Positions 1 to 10,700 of a DNA stretch of 64,000 bases are shown one piece after another. Source of the DNA: Synergistales bacterium (lineage in GTDB: Bacteria; Synergistota; Synergistia; Synergistales; JAFGMB01); the NCBI GenBank assembly GCA_963666205.1, contig OY762654.1:288001-352000 (forward strand), read 5' to 3'. Both the position numbers and the translations under genes were made by a program. Under the pieces are notes generated by a model. It searched no databases and was not told the DNA's origin. It saw nothing but the letters and a program-made list of their open reading frames with translations. Position 1 is the first letter of the stretch; each line of letters opens with the position of its first letter.

Positions 1-84
1 CATGTTTAATCCCCCCCAAGATATTAGAAAGGGGCAGGTACAAAAAGATAACGACCTACCCCGGATATTCAGAATGTTTAATAT

Positions 85-1272
85 CTATGCAAGAAACCCG
101 GCTATATCTTTGGTGGTAGAAATAGTTTCGCTACGGGCTATTTTACCCTTTTGAAGTTCTACCAGAATGGGCATTTCAGTTATACCAAGTTTATTTACCA
201 TTCTGGAATTCCTGTATCCATCAATAAGAACTATACCGGCTGAATGTTCTTTAGAAAAAGATTCTACCATGTTGGAAATCTGGACCTGTGTTTCTTCTAT
301 AGATGAATAAAAGAATGCCAGTACCTTTTCTGGATCCAGGAGAGTGGATCTCAGGTGCACCTGTTCATTTATGAATGAAGAAGCGGCCATTGCAGCTATT
401 GCACCATCTGCAGAAGCTGTCACTACCTGACGAAGATGCTTGTTTCTTACATCTCCGGCAGCATATATACCCTCAATAGAGGTTTCCATATCTTCATTCG
501 TGACAACCCAGCCGCCTCTGGCACAGTCTACAAGTCCCTTAAAGAATTCGTCATAAGGAGCCTGACCTACGAACATGAAGACGCCAGATACTGGAAGATC
601 TGAGATTTCTCCTGTTTTCACATTTTTTATGACCAGTTTTTCGACCATACCATCTCCTGCGATCTCCTCTAAAACCGTATTCCATATAGGCTCAATCCTG
701 GGATTGGACAATGCTCTTGCTACTGCTGCCCTGTCTGCCCGGAATTCGTCTCTCCGATGAATTATGTAAACCTTGGATGCAAAGTTTGTGAGGTACACAG
801 CCTCTTCAACTGCGGTGTTACCCCCACCTACTACAGCGATCTCAAGATCTTCAAAGAATGCTCCATCACAAACTGCACAGTAACTGACACCGGCACCAAT
901 GTGTTCTTCTTCTCCCTTACAGCCAAGTTTCCTGAAATAAGCTCCACTTGCGATTATAACTGCCTCTGCTTCTATTTCGCCTTTATCCGTAATCACTATC
1001 CGCATGTCGTCTCTAATTTGAATTCTTTCAACAGTGCAGTCACGAAATTCTGTGTTGAATTTCTCTGCGTGCTCACGGAACATCAATCCAAGTTCTGATC
1101 CTGTTGCATGTTTGACTCCAGGCCAGTTCTCGATTTCATCGGTCATGTTAATCTGTCCGCCAGGAACACCTTTCTCCAGCAGAAGAACATCAAGTCCTGC
1201 CCTTCTACCATAGATAGCAGCAGTAAGTCCGGCAGGACCAGCCCCGATAATTACGAGCTCTCTTTTTTCCAT
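85..1272 (-). CDS. trxB: Thioredoxin-disulfide reductase with C-terminal thioredoxin-like extension
   Basis: GAGPAG FAD motif, CAVC redox motif, GGGNTA and HRRDEFRA NADPH motifs; about 90 extra C-terminal residues; GGAGG RBS. Confidence 0.93.
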   Translation of the reverse strand: MEKRELVIIGAGPAGLTAAIYGRRAGLDVLLLEKGVPGGQINMTDEIENWPGVKHATGSELGLMFREHAEKFNTEFRDCTVERIQIRDDMRIVITDKGEIEAEAVIIASGAYFRKLGCKGEEEHIGAGVSYCAVCDGAFFEDLEIAVVGGGNTAVEEAVYLTNFASKVYIIHRRDEFRADRAAVARALSNPRIEPIWNTVLEEIAGDGMVEKLVIKNVKTGEISDLPVSGVFMFVGQAPYDEFFKGLVDCARGGWVVTNEDMETSIEGIYAAGDVRNKHLRQVVTASADGAIAAMAASSFINEQVHLRSTLLDPEKVLAFFYSSIEETQVQISNMVESFSKEHSAGIVLIDGYRNSRMVNKLGITEMPILVELQKGKIARSETISTTKDIAGFLA

Positions 1273-1343
1273 TATCTGTTTCCTCCTTAAAGATTAAGAA
1301 ATATCGCTTATAACGTTTATTTCACATTCATCACATAGAAAAA

Positions 1344-2204
1344 TTATACACGACGCCAGGAAAGCATGCGAGGTATATTTGAGAGATCTTTAATTATATC
1401 CTCAAGGTATAACCCGGGGAAATTATGGTTTTTGAGTATTTCTGCCTGATCTGCACCGCCGATTTCAAGAATTATATAGGCATCTCTTTTAATTTTTTTG
1501 GCAGACCATCTTAGGAGTTCAGAATAGAGGGAAAGTCCGTCAGGTCCACCGTCCAGAGCTATCCGGGGTTCAAAGATCCGCACCTCTGGCATGAGACCCT
1601 GTATGACATCGCTTTTAATGTAGGGTGGATTGCTTATTATAAGATCAAGGGATGAATCATGAACAGGTATATCCAGAAGACTTCGACTATGCCATAGAAG
1701 ACAGCGGTCGATAAGACAATGTGATTTAATATTTTTCCATGCCCATGATAAAGCCAGGGGGCTCATATCCACAGAGATACATGCAGCAGATGGTTTCTCC
1801 TTCAACATGGCAAGAGAGATACAACCTGAGCCTGTTCCCCAGTCAAGGAAAGAATCACCACCAAGTTTTTCAAGACCATATTCAACAAGAAGCTCTGTTT
1901 CAGGTCTTGGGATCAGGCATCCATGACCAACATAGATCCTGTATCCATAGAATTCAGTCAGTCCCAGAAGATACTGAAGGGGTTCTCTCTGTTTCCTTCT
2001 GGTAAGTATTCCAGAAAGTGACCTCTGGAGCGTTCCAGGCAGGATCTCCTCAGGGTGTGTATATAGATAGGCCCTGGTGACGCAGAGGAGGCTGGACAGT
2101 ATAATGTCAGCCTCCAGTAATGGACTGGTTATTCCAGCAGACAAGAGCTCTCTGATAATAAGAGACCTTGCTTGTTCAATATCAAGTTTACTGCTTTGCT
2201 TCAA
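1344..2204 (-). CDS. prmC: Release factor glutamine methyltransferase
   Basis: [23 protein letters not shown] motif, NPPY; overlaps prfA. Confidence 0.95.
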   Translation of the reverse strand: MKQSSKLDIEQARSLIIRELLSAGITSPLLEADIILSSLLCVTRAYLYTHPEEILPGTLQRSLSGILTRRKQREPLQYLLGLTEFYGYRIYVGHGCLIPRPETELLVEYGLEKLGGDSFLDWGTGSGCISLAMLKEKPSAACISVDMSPLALSWAWKNIKSHCLIDRCLLWHSRSLLDIPVHDSSLDLIISNPPYIKSDVIQGLMPEVRIFEPRIALDGGPDGLSLYSELLRWSAKKIKRDAYIILEIGGADQAEILKNHNFPGLYLEDIIKDLSNIPRMLSWRRV

Positions 2205-3267
2205 GCAATTTCAACCTCTCAGTCTGATCTGCAACAACAAGAGCTTCTATCATTTCATAGAGATCCCCGTCCAGATAGGAGTCCAGTTTGTAAAGAGTAA
2301 GCCCTATTCTATGGTCTGTTATCCTGTTCTGTGGATAGTTATATGTACGGATGCGTTCCGACCTGTCACCCGTCCCTATCTGTCCTCTTCGTTCCTGAGC
2401 CTGTTCATCATGCATCCTGGAAAGTTCCATATCATAAAGCTTTGTTCGTAAAAGGTTCATTGCTTTTGCCCTGTTTTTGATCTGTGACCTTTCATCCTGG
2501 CAGGTCACAACAATTCCTGTCGGCATATGAGTGATCCTGACGGCTGAATCGGTCATATTAACATGCTGGCCTCCAGCTCCGCTGGCGCGGTACGTATCAA
2601 TCTTGAGGTCCTCGCTGCGTACCTCTACATCAACATCTTCCGCTTCCGGGAGTACTGCTACGGTTGCTGTAGAAGTATGTATCCTTCCGCCAGATTCGGT
2701 CACTGGAACCCGCTGGACCCTGTGAACTCCACTTTCGTATTTAAGCTGGCTGTATGCTCCTTTACCATCAACACGGAATGCAATCTCCTTGTATCCGCCA
2801 ATCCCGGTGATATTTGAACTCATGATCTCAACATGCCACCTTTGCCTTTCGGCAAATCGACCATACATTCTAAAAAGATTTGCGGCAAAAAGTGCAGCTT
2901 CTTCTCCTCCTGCACCACCACGGATCTCAACAATTACACTTTTTTCATCATTGGGATCCCTGGGGATAAGCAGAAGTTGAAGTTCTTCCCCATATTTCTG
3001 AAGAAGAGGTTCTTTCTCCGCTATTTCTTCGTGGGCGAGCTCTATCATTTCCCTGTCACCTGACGACAGAAGTTCCATGGCCTCATCAATGGAATTCTTG
3101 ATCTTTTTATATTCCATGTAGGTTCGCACTATTTCTGCCAGATCTGAATGTTCTTTAGCAAGTTTATGTAGAGCCCTGGGATCAGAAGCTACCGCAGGAT
3201 CTCCCATCTTGGCTTCCAGTTCCTGGAAACTAGTCACGATCTGATCGAGTTTACTCGAAAAGTCCAT
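2188..3267 (-). CDS. prfA: Peptide chain release factor 1
   Basis: GGQ motif and PVT RF1 tripeptide (QRVPVTES); start moved to ATG 3267, 8 nt after AGGAG. Confidence 0.97.
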   Translation of the reverse strand: MDFSSKLDQIVTSFQELEAKMGDPAVASDPRALHKLAKEHSDLAEIVRTYMEYKKIKNSIDEAMELLSSGDREMIELAHEEIAEKEPLLQKYGEELQLLLIPRDPNDEKSVIVEIRGGAGGEEAALFAANLFRMYGRFAERQRWHVEIMSSNITGIGGYKEIAFRVDGKGAYSQLKYESGVHRVQRVPVTESGGRIHTSTATVAVLPEAEDVDVEVRSEDLKIDTYRASGAGGQHVNMTDSAVRITHMPTGIVVTCQDERSQIKNRAKAMNLLRTKLYDMELSRMHDEQAQERRGQIGTGDRSERIRTYNYPQNRITDHRIGLTLYKLDSYLDGDLYEMIEALVVADQTERLKLLEAKQ

Positions 3268-3290
3268 TGATTCCACTCCTATACATTGTT

Positions 3291-4220
3291 CTAAAGTTTC
3301 CGGTCAAGAGCTGACTCAAGAGAAGAAAGTGCAACTTCAATCTGCTGTTCGTTCGGTTCCCGGGTAGTGAGGTATTGAAGGGAAAGTGCCGGGAAAATAA
3401 GGTATCTTCCCCATGAAGTCGACCTGGAAGAGAATCTTATAAACTCATATGATATACCGATCACCAGGGGAAGGAGTAAAACCCTGGTCAGGGCTTTCCA
3501 TAATAGTGAACCCTGAGCCACAAAAGAGAAAACGATTATACTCACCGCGACAACTACGAGAAGAAATGAAGTTCCACACCTTGGATGGATCCGGGAATAT
3601 CTGGTTACAGAGGAAGGGGTCATTTCTGCTCCATTTTCAAAGGCATTGATGGTTTTATGTTCTGCTCCATGATATCGGAAGACTTCCCTGATATCTTTCC
3701 ACAATCCTATTGTGCCAACATAGAGGATAAATACAAGCCCTCTCATGGCTCCTTCGAGAAGATTTTGCAGGATTGTAGAGTATCCGAACGTCCTTGCGAG
3801 AAATTCAGAAATCCAGACAGGAAAAGCAATAAAGAGTCCGACTACAGCAACAAGAGCTACAACAACAGATAATAACATTTCCCCGAAGGTTATTTTCTCT
3901 TCCTCCCCAAGGTACAGTTCCGCAGACCTGTTCAATGCTTTTATGCCGACTGTCATCATTTCCACCATGGTGACTACACCCCTTATAACTGGAGCTTTCC
4001 ATGGATATATGGATGTCCATGACCTCGTGGTCCAGTGTTCTGACCATATCTCCCCAGATGGTTTCCTGACAGAGAGCCCCCATCTTGAAGGTCCTTTCAT
4101 CAGAACTCCCTCGATAACAGCCTGACCTCCGATGGGGATCTTCTCTACTGATTGCAAGAATATCTGAAGGGAAGATAACAGTGTGTTTATAAAAGCACTT
4201 ATTTTATATATTGTTTTCAT
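3291..4220 (-). CDS. DUF1385 family membrane protein (putative metal-dependent)
   Basis: [31 protein letters not shown] motifs; usual position between rpmE and prfA. Confidence 0.85.
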   Translation of the reverse strand: MKTIYKISAFINTLLSSLQIFLQSVEKIPIGGQAVIEGVLMKGPSRWGLSVRKPSGEIWSEHWTTRSWTSIYPWKAPVIRGVVTMVEMMTVGIKALNRSAELYLGEEEKITFGEMLLSVVVALVAVVGLFIAFPVWISEFLARTFGYSTILQNLLEGAMRGLVFILYVGTIGLWKDIREVFRYHGAEHKTINAFENGAEMTPSSVTRYSRIHPRCGTSFLLVVVAVSIIVFSFVAQGSLLWKALTRVLLLPLVIGISYEFIRFSSRSTSWGRYLIFPALSLQYLTTREPNEQQIEVALSSLESALDRKL

Positions 4221-4905
4221 TAATTAGATCCTCAATACTCCTGAATGGGTTGCCACAGGAACGTGTTTCCCTGCATTGTCCTTCAGTTATGCAGGAAGGT
4301 CCTGCCACGGCGAAAATAAGAGGAGCCACAGTCCTGACTTCTCGCAGCATATTCCTTGCAAGTTCCTGTATTTCCCACTGGGCTCTCCTGCAGGTACGCA
4401 AGGCAAAGAAATGATGTAATTCCCTGGCATTCATAGTTACAGTTATTCGCGTTTGCCAACCATGGGGAAGTGCATATCTAGCATCTTCCTTTGGTACTCC
4501 CTGGGCAATCAGGTCTAGATAAAGTTCATGGGCCCGATTGCAATGTTCGTTAAAGGCTTCTTTTAGGCCGGGGTTGGAATCAATACTATGTGGGATTATA
4601 TATTCCGGATTGTCCATCGAAACATAGCGCTGACTCTGTTGACTGTAGCTTGCCATTCTATGCCTGACAAGCTGATGGGAGCATATCCTGCTTATCCCGT
4701 CAATAGAGAAAGTAAAGGAAACATGTTCAAAAGTCGATAGATGGCCACTTCTCCGCAATCCACTGATGAATTTTGAAATATCCTGGTCTTTACTCTCTTC
4801 AAGAAGTTCTGATGCGGAAGCTGCACTATAGCACAATCTGGCAGCAGCAGCAACTGTTCTGTCAGGTTGTGGCGTAAAAGCCAGAAGATGAACTTTGCAA
4901 GGCAT
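4204..4905 (-). CDS. thyX: FAD-dependent thymidylate synthase
   Basis: HQLVRHRMASYSQQSQRY ThyX signature, KEDARY, AQWEI. Confidence 0.95.
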   Translation of the reverse strand: MPCKVHLLAFTPQPDRTVAAAARLCYSAASASELLEESKDQDISKFISGLRRSGHLSTFEHVSFTFSIDGISRICSHQLVRHRMASYSQQSQRYVSMDNPEYIIPHSIDSNPGLKEAFNEHCNRAHELYLDLIAQGVPKEDARYALPHGWQTRITVTMNARELHHFFALRTCRRAQWEIQELARNMLREVRTVAPLIFAVAGPSCITEGQCRETRSCGNPFRSIEDLINENNI

Positions 4906-4925
4906 TATATCACCTCTCAGTTAGT

Positions 4926-4952
4926 AAAAAAGGGGGGCCAAGCCCCCCTTTT
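4926..4952 (-). terminator. Intrinsic terminator after rpmE
   Basis: AAAAGGGGGGC-caa-GCCCCCCTTTT hairpin with U-tract on the minus strand. Confidence 0.8.
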
Positions 4953-5190
4953 ACTCAGTTTTGTCAGCTTCGCGCTGTCCGTAATTCATCCCTTTATATT
5001 TCTTGTTAAACTTCTGAAGTCTTCCTTCCTCTGAGAGGACCATGCTACCTCTCTTGCCCGTATAAAAGGGGTGACAGGAAGAGCAGACCCCTACTTTGAT
5101 CTCGGAAACAGTTGCTCGGGTTTCAAATGTGTTACCACATGCACATGTAACTTTACACGCTTTGTATTCCGGATGAATATCCTTTTTCAT
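4951..5190 (-). CDS. rpmE: 50S ribosomal protein L31 (Zn-binding type)
   Basis: MKKDIHP, CACG and CSSCHPFYTG. Confidence 0.97.
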   Translation of the reverse strand: MKKDIHPEYKACKVTCACGNTFETRATVSEIKVGVCSSCHPFYTGKRGSMVLSEEGRLQKFNKKYKGMNYGQREADKTE

Positions 5191-5280
5191 CTATTTACAC
5201 CTCCTGCATATCCAGCTTGGGAATAATCATGGACAGAAAGAAAATTTACCACAGTACGGAAATCTATGCAAGTATGTATT

Positions 5281-5868
5281 TTAAAGATGCATTACTCCCA
5301 ATCCACATCTTTCATGGTGTGCAACTGCGTGATAAGCAGTATCACCCATAACAGCAACAGCTATCCATCTTGAATTTCTTACAATACCTATTTTTGCACC
5401 TATACTGGCTTCAAGCATGGCCTGGGCAATAAACCCATTCATTGCTTCAACGGCTGCGTGCATAAGAGCGTGCATTTCCCTACGGTTCTTTTCTATAACC
5501 CCGGCATTCAAGGAGGCTCCTACAAGAGCTCTGGTAAGTTTTTGGGGCAGGTCTCCTGCAAGACCACCGACTTCTGTTGCAACGGATTTCCAGTTGATCG
5601 TAGCAAACTGTTCCTTCATTCTGTGTTCATCTGATGGTGAAGTTGTAGCAGCTAAAAGGATCGCTGCCCTGCCTACCTGGTTTTCATCATCAAGATGAAT
5701 GGTTATTTCAAAATCAAGTCCTGAAGATTCATTGGTATTCCTGTTATTGTCCCTGTAATTATGATGGGATACAACCTTTTCTTCAAGCTTTTCTTCAAGC
5801 TTTTCGTCGACTTGATCTGTTTCCGGTTCGGCATTTTCTGTACCTGAGAACATGTTTTTCCATAACAT
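5281..5868 (-). CDS. HutP-family RNA-binding regulator with acidic N-terminal extension
   Basis: HALMHAAVEA, IGIVR..WIAVA.MG and C-terminal HERCGLGVMHL resemble the HutP pattern; start uncertain (ATG 5868 after GAGGGGG). Confidence 0.75.
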   Translation of the reverse strand: MLWKNMFSGTENAEPETDQVDEKLEEKLEEKVVSHHNYRDNNRNTNESSGLDFEITIHLDDENQVGRAAILLAATTSPSDEHRMKEQFATINWKSVATEVGGLAGDLPQKLTRALVGASLNAGVIEKNRREMHALMHAAVEAMNGFIAQAMLEASIGAKIGIVRNSRWIAVAVMGDTAYHAVAHHERCGLGVMHL

Positions 5869-6061
5869 AGATAAAGCATCCCCCTCTCCGCTTCTAAAAC
5901 AGTACGGACTTTTCAATTGCATTGATAGTAATAACACATAATCCTAATTTTTCCAACAATCATGCCATAAAATTGTAAAAGCATTTTCTTCAAGAGGCAT
6001 ATTTTTTATATGTTTTTTAACTTAAACATTTTTAGATTTAATGAAACAACATCTTTATCAC

Positions 6062-6090
6062 TTGAAGATGGGTTTAATGAGCCTTATACT
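6062..6090 (+). promoter_or_regulatory. sigma70-type promoter of TAXI gene
   Basis: TTGAAG-N17-TATACT. Confidence 0.6.
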
Positions 6091-6200
6091 ATAAATAATG
6101 GTCGGGAAATGTTACAGGATGAACAATCTTCGGTAAATCTGCAGAATTAGGCATTCCTGTTCAATCCTGGCATATAAATTCATTTCAGGGGGGTAATTCT

Positions 6201-7163
6201 ATGAAGAAACTTTTAACAGTTTTTTTTGCCGTAATGTTGATGGTAGCAATTTTTGCTGGAGCAGCAACTGCTAAGACATTCATTTCTCTAGCAACTGGTG
6301 GTACCGGGGGAACCTATTATCCCGTAGGTGGTGGAATAGCAGATATCGTCAGCAAAAATGTTGCAGATGTACAGATGACTTCAGAAACTGGCAATGCCTC
6401 TCAGGCGAACCTCAACCTTCTCGGAACCCATCAGATTGAAATGGCTCTGGCACAGAATGACGTTTCAATGTGGGCTTATAGAGGGATGCGCCCATTCAAA
6501 CAGGAATTTAAGAATGTCAGGATGATCGCTTCTCTATATCCGGAAAACGTTCAGTGTATAGCCATGAAAGGTGCCGGAGTAAAGGATATTATGGATATCA
6601 AGGGTAAAAGGGTTTCCGTGGGAGCCCCTGGATCTGGAGTACAGGCAGATGTTGCTGCGATACTCAGGGTAGCCGGAATCAAATATTCAGATATGAAGAC
6701 GGACTTCCTCGATTTCAACAACACTACCCAGAGATTCAAGGATAACCAGCTTGATGTAGGATTTGTTGTTGCAGGATATCCCACCGCTTCGATAATGGAT
6801 CTTGCTACAATGCATGATATTGATCTTGTTAATTTCAGTGATGATTTTATGGATAAACTTATAGCTGAATATCCTTTCTTTGCCAAGAGTGTTATTCCTG
6901 CCGGAACATACAAAGGGATAGACCATGATACTAACACTCCCGCAGTTATGGCAGTCTGGGTATGTGACGGAGACCTGTCTGAAGATGTTGTCTACCAGGT
7001 AACTAAAGCTTTCTGGGAAAATGTGGATGATCTTTACAAGATCCACTCAAAGGCAAAAATGATCACTTTGAAGACTGCTCTTGATGGAGTTTCCGTACCT
7101 GTGCATTCCGGTGCAGCAAAGTACTATAAAGAGATGGGCATGACAGTTCCAGTAGTTGAATAG
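6201..7163 (+). CDS. TAXI-family TRAP transporter solute-binding subunit
   Basis: Signal peptide, ATGGTGGTYYPVGG, GKRVSVGAPGSG, PVHSGAAKYY. Confidence 0.92.
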   Translation: MKKLLTVFFAVMLMVAIFAGAATAKTFISLATGGTGGTYYPVGGGIADIVSKNVADVQMTSETGNASQANLNLLGTHQIEMALAQNDVSMWAYRGMRPFKQEFKNVRMIASLYPENVQCIAMKGAGVKDIMDIKGKRVSVGAPGSGVQADVAAILRVAGIKYSDMKTDFLDFNNTTQRFKDNQLDVGFVVAGYPTASIMDLATMHDIDLVNFSDDFMDKLIAEYPFFAKSVIPAGTYKGIDHDTNTPAVMAVWVCDGDLSEDVVYQVTKAFWENVDDLYKIHSKAKMITLKTALDGVSVPVHSGAAKYYKEMGMTVPVVE

Positions 7164-7184
7164 AACTTTCTTAATCATTTATCA

Positions 7185-7218
7185 CATAAAGCGCACTCCC
7201 ATTGGAGTGCGCTTTATG
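7185..7218. terminator. Bidirectional terminator between TAXI and alaX-like gene
   Basis: Perfect 15-bp stem CATAAAGCGCACTCC-catt-GGAGTGCGCTTTATG between convergent genes. Confidence 0.8.
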
Positions 7219-7222
7219 GTTA

Positions 7223-8392
7223 CTAAGAATAATGACACAGAACCTCTTTCCAGATATTTATTGAATTACAACGGGTTACTCCCGAGAGCATCCTGCCATC
7301 ACCACCTCCACGGGCTCCAAGCTCTGGCAGATCGATAATCTTTTTCAGATCTAGATTCTTCTTTTCACCCTTCAGTAATAAAAAACCGGTAGAGAGTGTA
7401 TCCTCTGAAGGCATAAGGATAAATACAATAGCTTCGGGATCATTTATCAATTGTTTTTTGGCTGCTGAGATTATAAGGTCCTTGTTAAACCCAGGTAAAG
7501 TGGCAGAATACATATATGATTGCCCTATCTCAGTTATTTCCCATGGTATTTCGATAAAATGTCTCAACTTCTCAATTATTTTACGTTGTCCCTTGTTGTC
7601 CTGTTGTAACTTAACATAGGTTTTCTCAATCTTTTCAGCTGGACACCCCATATTTTTGGACAACTTTCGAATGATCTGACTGTGACTGGTCAGGAGTTCT
7701 TCTCTTGAAAGACAGAATTTGATCTCCCAGTCGGGACTGCTACCTTTGTAATTTGTAATAATGATATGAGGGACCTCTCCAGTACAATGGACATGGGTAC
7801 CTGAACAGGCAGTTATATCAAAGTTTTCAACATTGATTACCTGGATTGGCTCTTTTCCTGGGAGTCTATCCCATTTAGCTGTTAATCCCTCCATTTGACG
7901 GGCTTCTTCAGGCGATAGGAAGGAACTGGTTACCTTTCTGTCTTCAGTTATAACAGCGTTGACACTTTCCTCGGTTTCAAAGATCATATCCCAGTTAAGA
8001 TCACCATCATAATTAAAATATATGGTACTTTCACTTTCATCTATGTTAGCTTTGGTTGTAAGCATACCCTTATAGTTATTTTCCATAATCCTGGAAATAA
8101 GATGCTGAGCTGAATGCATTTTTGTAAGGTTCCCATGTCTATCTTCATCCACTTCAATTTCAACCTCAAGACCCCGTACAGGGGTTCCTTTTTTTACTCT
8201 CGTCAGATGGAGCTTGCCCCTTTGGTCCATGATAGTATCAATTATCTGCCCCTGGAAAGTCTCTGCAAGGATAGTCCCGGAGTCTCCAGGTTGCCCTCCC
8301 CCTGCCGGATGGAAATCCGATGTTTCCAAAAGGATCTTAAGATTCTTAGCATCAGCTTTCATGAAATCAACTATGGTGGTTTTCAGTTTCAA
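7223..8392 (-). CDS. Alanyl-tRNA editing protein (AlaX/AlaXp, long form)
   Basis: FHPAGGGQPGDSG, HSAQH and CSGTH Zn ligands, C-terminal GGG DHHA1-like motif. Confidence 0.85.
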   Translation of the reverse strand: MKLKTTIVDFMKADAKNLKILLETSDFHPAGGGQPGDSGTILAETFQGQIIDTIMDQRGKLHLTRVKKGTPVRGLEVEIEVDEDRHGNLTKMHSAQHLISRIMENNYKGMLTTKANIDESESTIYFNYDGDLNWDMIFETEESVNAVITEDRKVTSSFLSPEEARQMEGLTAKWDRLPGKEPIQVINVENFDITACSGTHVHCTGEVPHIIITNYKGSSPDWEIKFCLSREELLTSHSQIIRKLSKNMGCPAEKIEKTYVKLQQDNKGQRKIIEKLRHFIEIPWEITEIGQSYMYSATLPGFNKDLIISAAKKQLINDPEAIVFILMPSEDTLSTGFLLLKGEKKNLDLKKIIDLPELGARGGGDGRMLSGVTRCNSINIWKEVLCHYS

Positions 8393-8455
8393 TTAAAGCA
8401 CCTCTCTTCCAGAATCTACGCAATTCAGAGATAGAAGAATTACAACATCTTCCTA

Positions 8456-9838
8456 TCAACTTTTCCCCCTATTCATCAGTACTGTGGAACAACCAAATAC
8501 AACAGAAAGACCGGAAACACCAAGTCCTGCAAAAAGGGGAGGGATCCCAGTCCTGAAAACAGGCCATATAACCAGAGTCAGGATTCCTCCGAGTATTCCG
8601 GAAAGAGCCCATTTGCGAGGTAATATTCCTGGTAAAAGTATTGAAACTACAAGAGGGAAAAATGTACCAACCCCTCTTAAACCCATACTCAGATAACTCC
8701 ACTGGAGTATCATGCTTTTATCTGCTATACATCCGAAGACAGCAGCAAGGATTACTACAAAAGATACTGCAACTCTTGAAACATGAAGAAGATTCTTATC
8801 TTCTGAAACAAGGTCCCATCCCGAGCGTTTGTGCATGTATATATCTCTGACAAGGTTTGTTGCAATACCTAAAGACAGCCCGGCTGCAGTACCTATGACT
8901 GTTATAACAATACCACACCACATAACCCCGGCAATAAGGGGGTGAAAGTTATTTATTATGAAAAAAGGCAAAGCCTGGGCTGGATCAATTATAACCCCTG
9001 CATAGCGGAGAGACAGACCTACATAAACTCCAAGAAGACCAAGGGGTGGCATAATAAAGGCAGCCACGAGGACTCCCTTCTTAGCAGTTTCCGAACTTGA
9101 AGCAGCAAATATTCCCTGGATATATATCTGTGTACAGAATACACCTGTGATCATAGAAACCAGAGCCCCAAGATCTTTGGAAACCCCTCTTCCCCAAATA
9201 GTGAGAAAGGGAAAGGATGGAAGTCCCTTGGCTAAAACCATAGGCCCATATCCCTTTGAGGCGACAACAAGGGAAGACAGAATGAGAATACAATACAAAA
9301 GCAGTATTTTTGCCTGGCCTATTCGACTGTAACTTTTCAGACCACCAGAATATATAAATAGAAGAATAAGAAATGTTACGATGAGAACAGACTGAATTGA
9401 ATTCATCGGGAAGATACTCATAAATAGTGCAATTCCAGCTATGAATTGTGCTACAACGGAGATGAAAGTACCAGTTATTGATGCAAGCATAGATGCAGAA
9501 CTTGCTCTTTGCCCATAGTTATTTTTTAGAAATTCGGGAATGGTTTCAAGACCTGATTCTCTTAAAGGCTTAGCAAACCACGTCCCCAGTAAAAGGCAAC
9601 CAATACCTGCTCCCAGTGTAAACCACCATGCTGATAGGCCATACTCATATGCCATCTGTACTGTACCGACAGTAGAGGCTCCACCCACAAGAGCACCAAG
9701 AATGATACCACTGACAGATGATGAAGATGCTTTTCGACCAGCAACTGTATAGTCACTGGAAGTTTCGATCTTTCCAGATCCTCTAGTACCAAGGATTACG
9801 AAAAGTATTAGTAAGAAGATGGCTCCAGCAACAAACAT
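8456..9838 (-). CDS. Sodium:solute symporter family protein
   Basis: About 13 hydrophobic segments, DYTVAGR, TIPEFL...YG, YSGGL. Confidence 0.85.
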   Translation of the reverse strand: MFVAGAIFLLILFVILGTRGSGKIETSSDYTVAGRKASSSSVSGIILGALVGGASTVGTVQMAYEYGLSAWWFTLGAGIGCLLLGTWFAKPLRESGLETIPEFLKNNYGQRASSASMLASITGTFISVVAQFIAGIALFMSIFPMNSIQSVLIVTFLILLFIYSGGLKSYSRIGQAKILLLYCILILSSLVVASKGYGPMVLAKGLPSFPFLTIWGRGVSKDLGALVSMITGVFCTQIYIQGIFAASSSETAKKGVLVAAFIMPPLGLLGVYVGLSLRYAGVIIDPAQALPFFIINNFHPLIAGVMWCGIVITVIGTAAGLSLGIATNLVRDIYMHKRSGWDLVSEDKNLLHVSRVAVSFVVILAAVFGCIADKSMILQWSYLSMGLRGVGTFFPLVVSILLPGILPRKWALSGILGGILTLVIWPVFRTGIPPLFAGLGVSGLSVVFGCSTVLMNRGKS

Positions 9839-9983
9839 TCAACCACACCCCACAACTTGAAGATCCGGACAATATTATGACACAAGGATATTCCAGGAAA
9901 ATCGACTCTACTCTCCTCCACGACAAAAGGCCGGTTGCTGGCCGGCCCTTGCCTCTTTACTTCTTGTAAAGCAACAGGATCTC

Positions 9984-10700
9984 TTATAAACCCATATATG
10001 CTTTTCGAACCTGATCAGATTCCAGAAGCATGCTTGCAGGACCAGATTGAACAATTTTCCCTGTCTGTAGGACATAACCCCTGTCAGCAATTTCAAGTGC
10101 CTCCTGTACCATCTGTTCAACGAGGAGGATAGTCATTCCGGTCTTATTGATCCTGACAATTGCATCCATTACTTTTTCCACGAGGGAAGGCATAAGGCCA
10201 AGGGACATCTCGTCGAGCATAAGAAGTGTCGGCTTCGACATGAGGCCACGTGCTATTGCAAGCATCTGCTGTTCCCCTCCGCTCATGGTTTCCGCTATCT
10301 GACCAGCCCGGTCCCTAAGCCGGGGAAAGAGCTCGAATACTTCTTCAAGCCTGGCATTGATCTCTTTCCTATCCTTTTTGATAAAGGCTCCAAGTTCCAG
10401 GTTTTCCCTGACAGAAAGCTTCGAAAAAAGTCTTCTTCCTTCGGGAACATAGCTGAGTCCTATCTTCATTGTTTCGTGAGCGGGCATTTTTGTAATATCT
10501 ACTCCTTTGAAGTTAATGCTACCCTGGTAGGGCATCATGAGACCCGCGATGGCACGCATGGTAGTCGTTTTCCCGGCTCCATTGGCACCCACGATGGATA
10601 CCAGTTCACCCTGGTTCACTTCCAGAGAAATTCCATGAATTACGGGGATGCCGTCATAACCGGTATGAAGGTCCTGAACCTGAAGGATTGGTCCACTCAT
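9984..10700 (-). CDS. Branched-chain amino acid-type ABC transporter ATPase (LivF-like)
   Basis: GANGAGKT, VPEGRRLF, MSGGEQQML. Confidence 0.92.
   Translation of the reverse strand: MSGPILQVQDLHTGYDGIPVIHGISLEVNQGELVSIVGANGAGKTTTMRAIAGLMMPYQGSINFKGVDITKMPAHETMKIGLSYVPEGRRLFSKLSVRENLELGAFIKKDRKEINARLEEVFELFPRLRDRAGQIAETMSGGEQQMLAIARGLMSKPTLLMLDEMSLGLMPSLVEKVMDAIVRINKTGMTILLVEQMVQEALEIADRGYVLQTGKIVQSGPASMLLESDQVRKAYMGL

Noticed and set aside
1-3. ATG with G-rich RBS on the minus strand at the window edge
   Set aside because: Probably the start of the next gene, but there is no sequence to identify it
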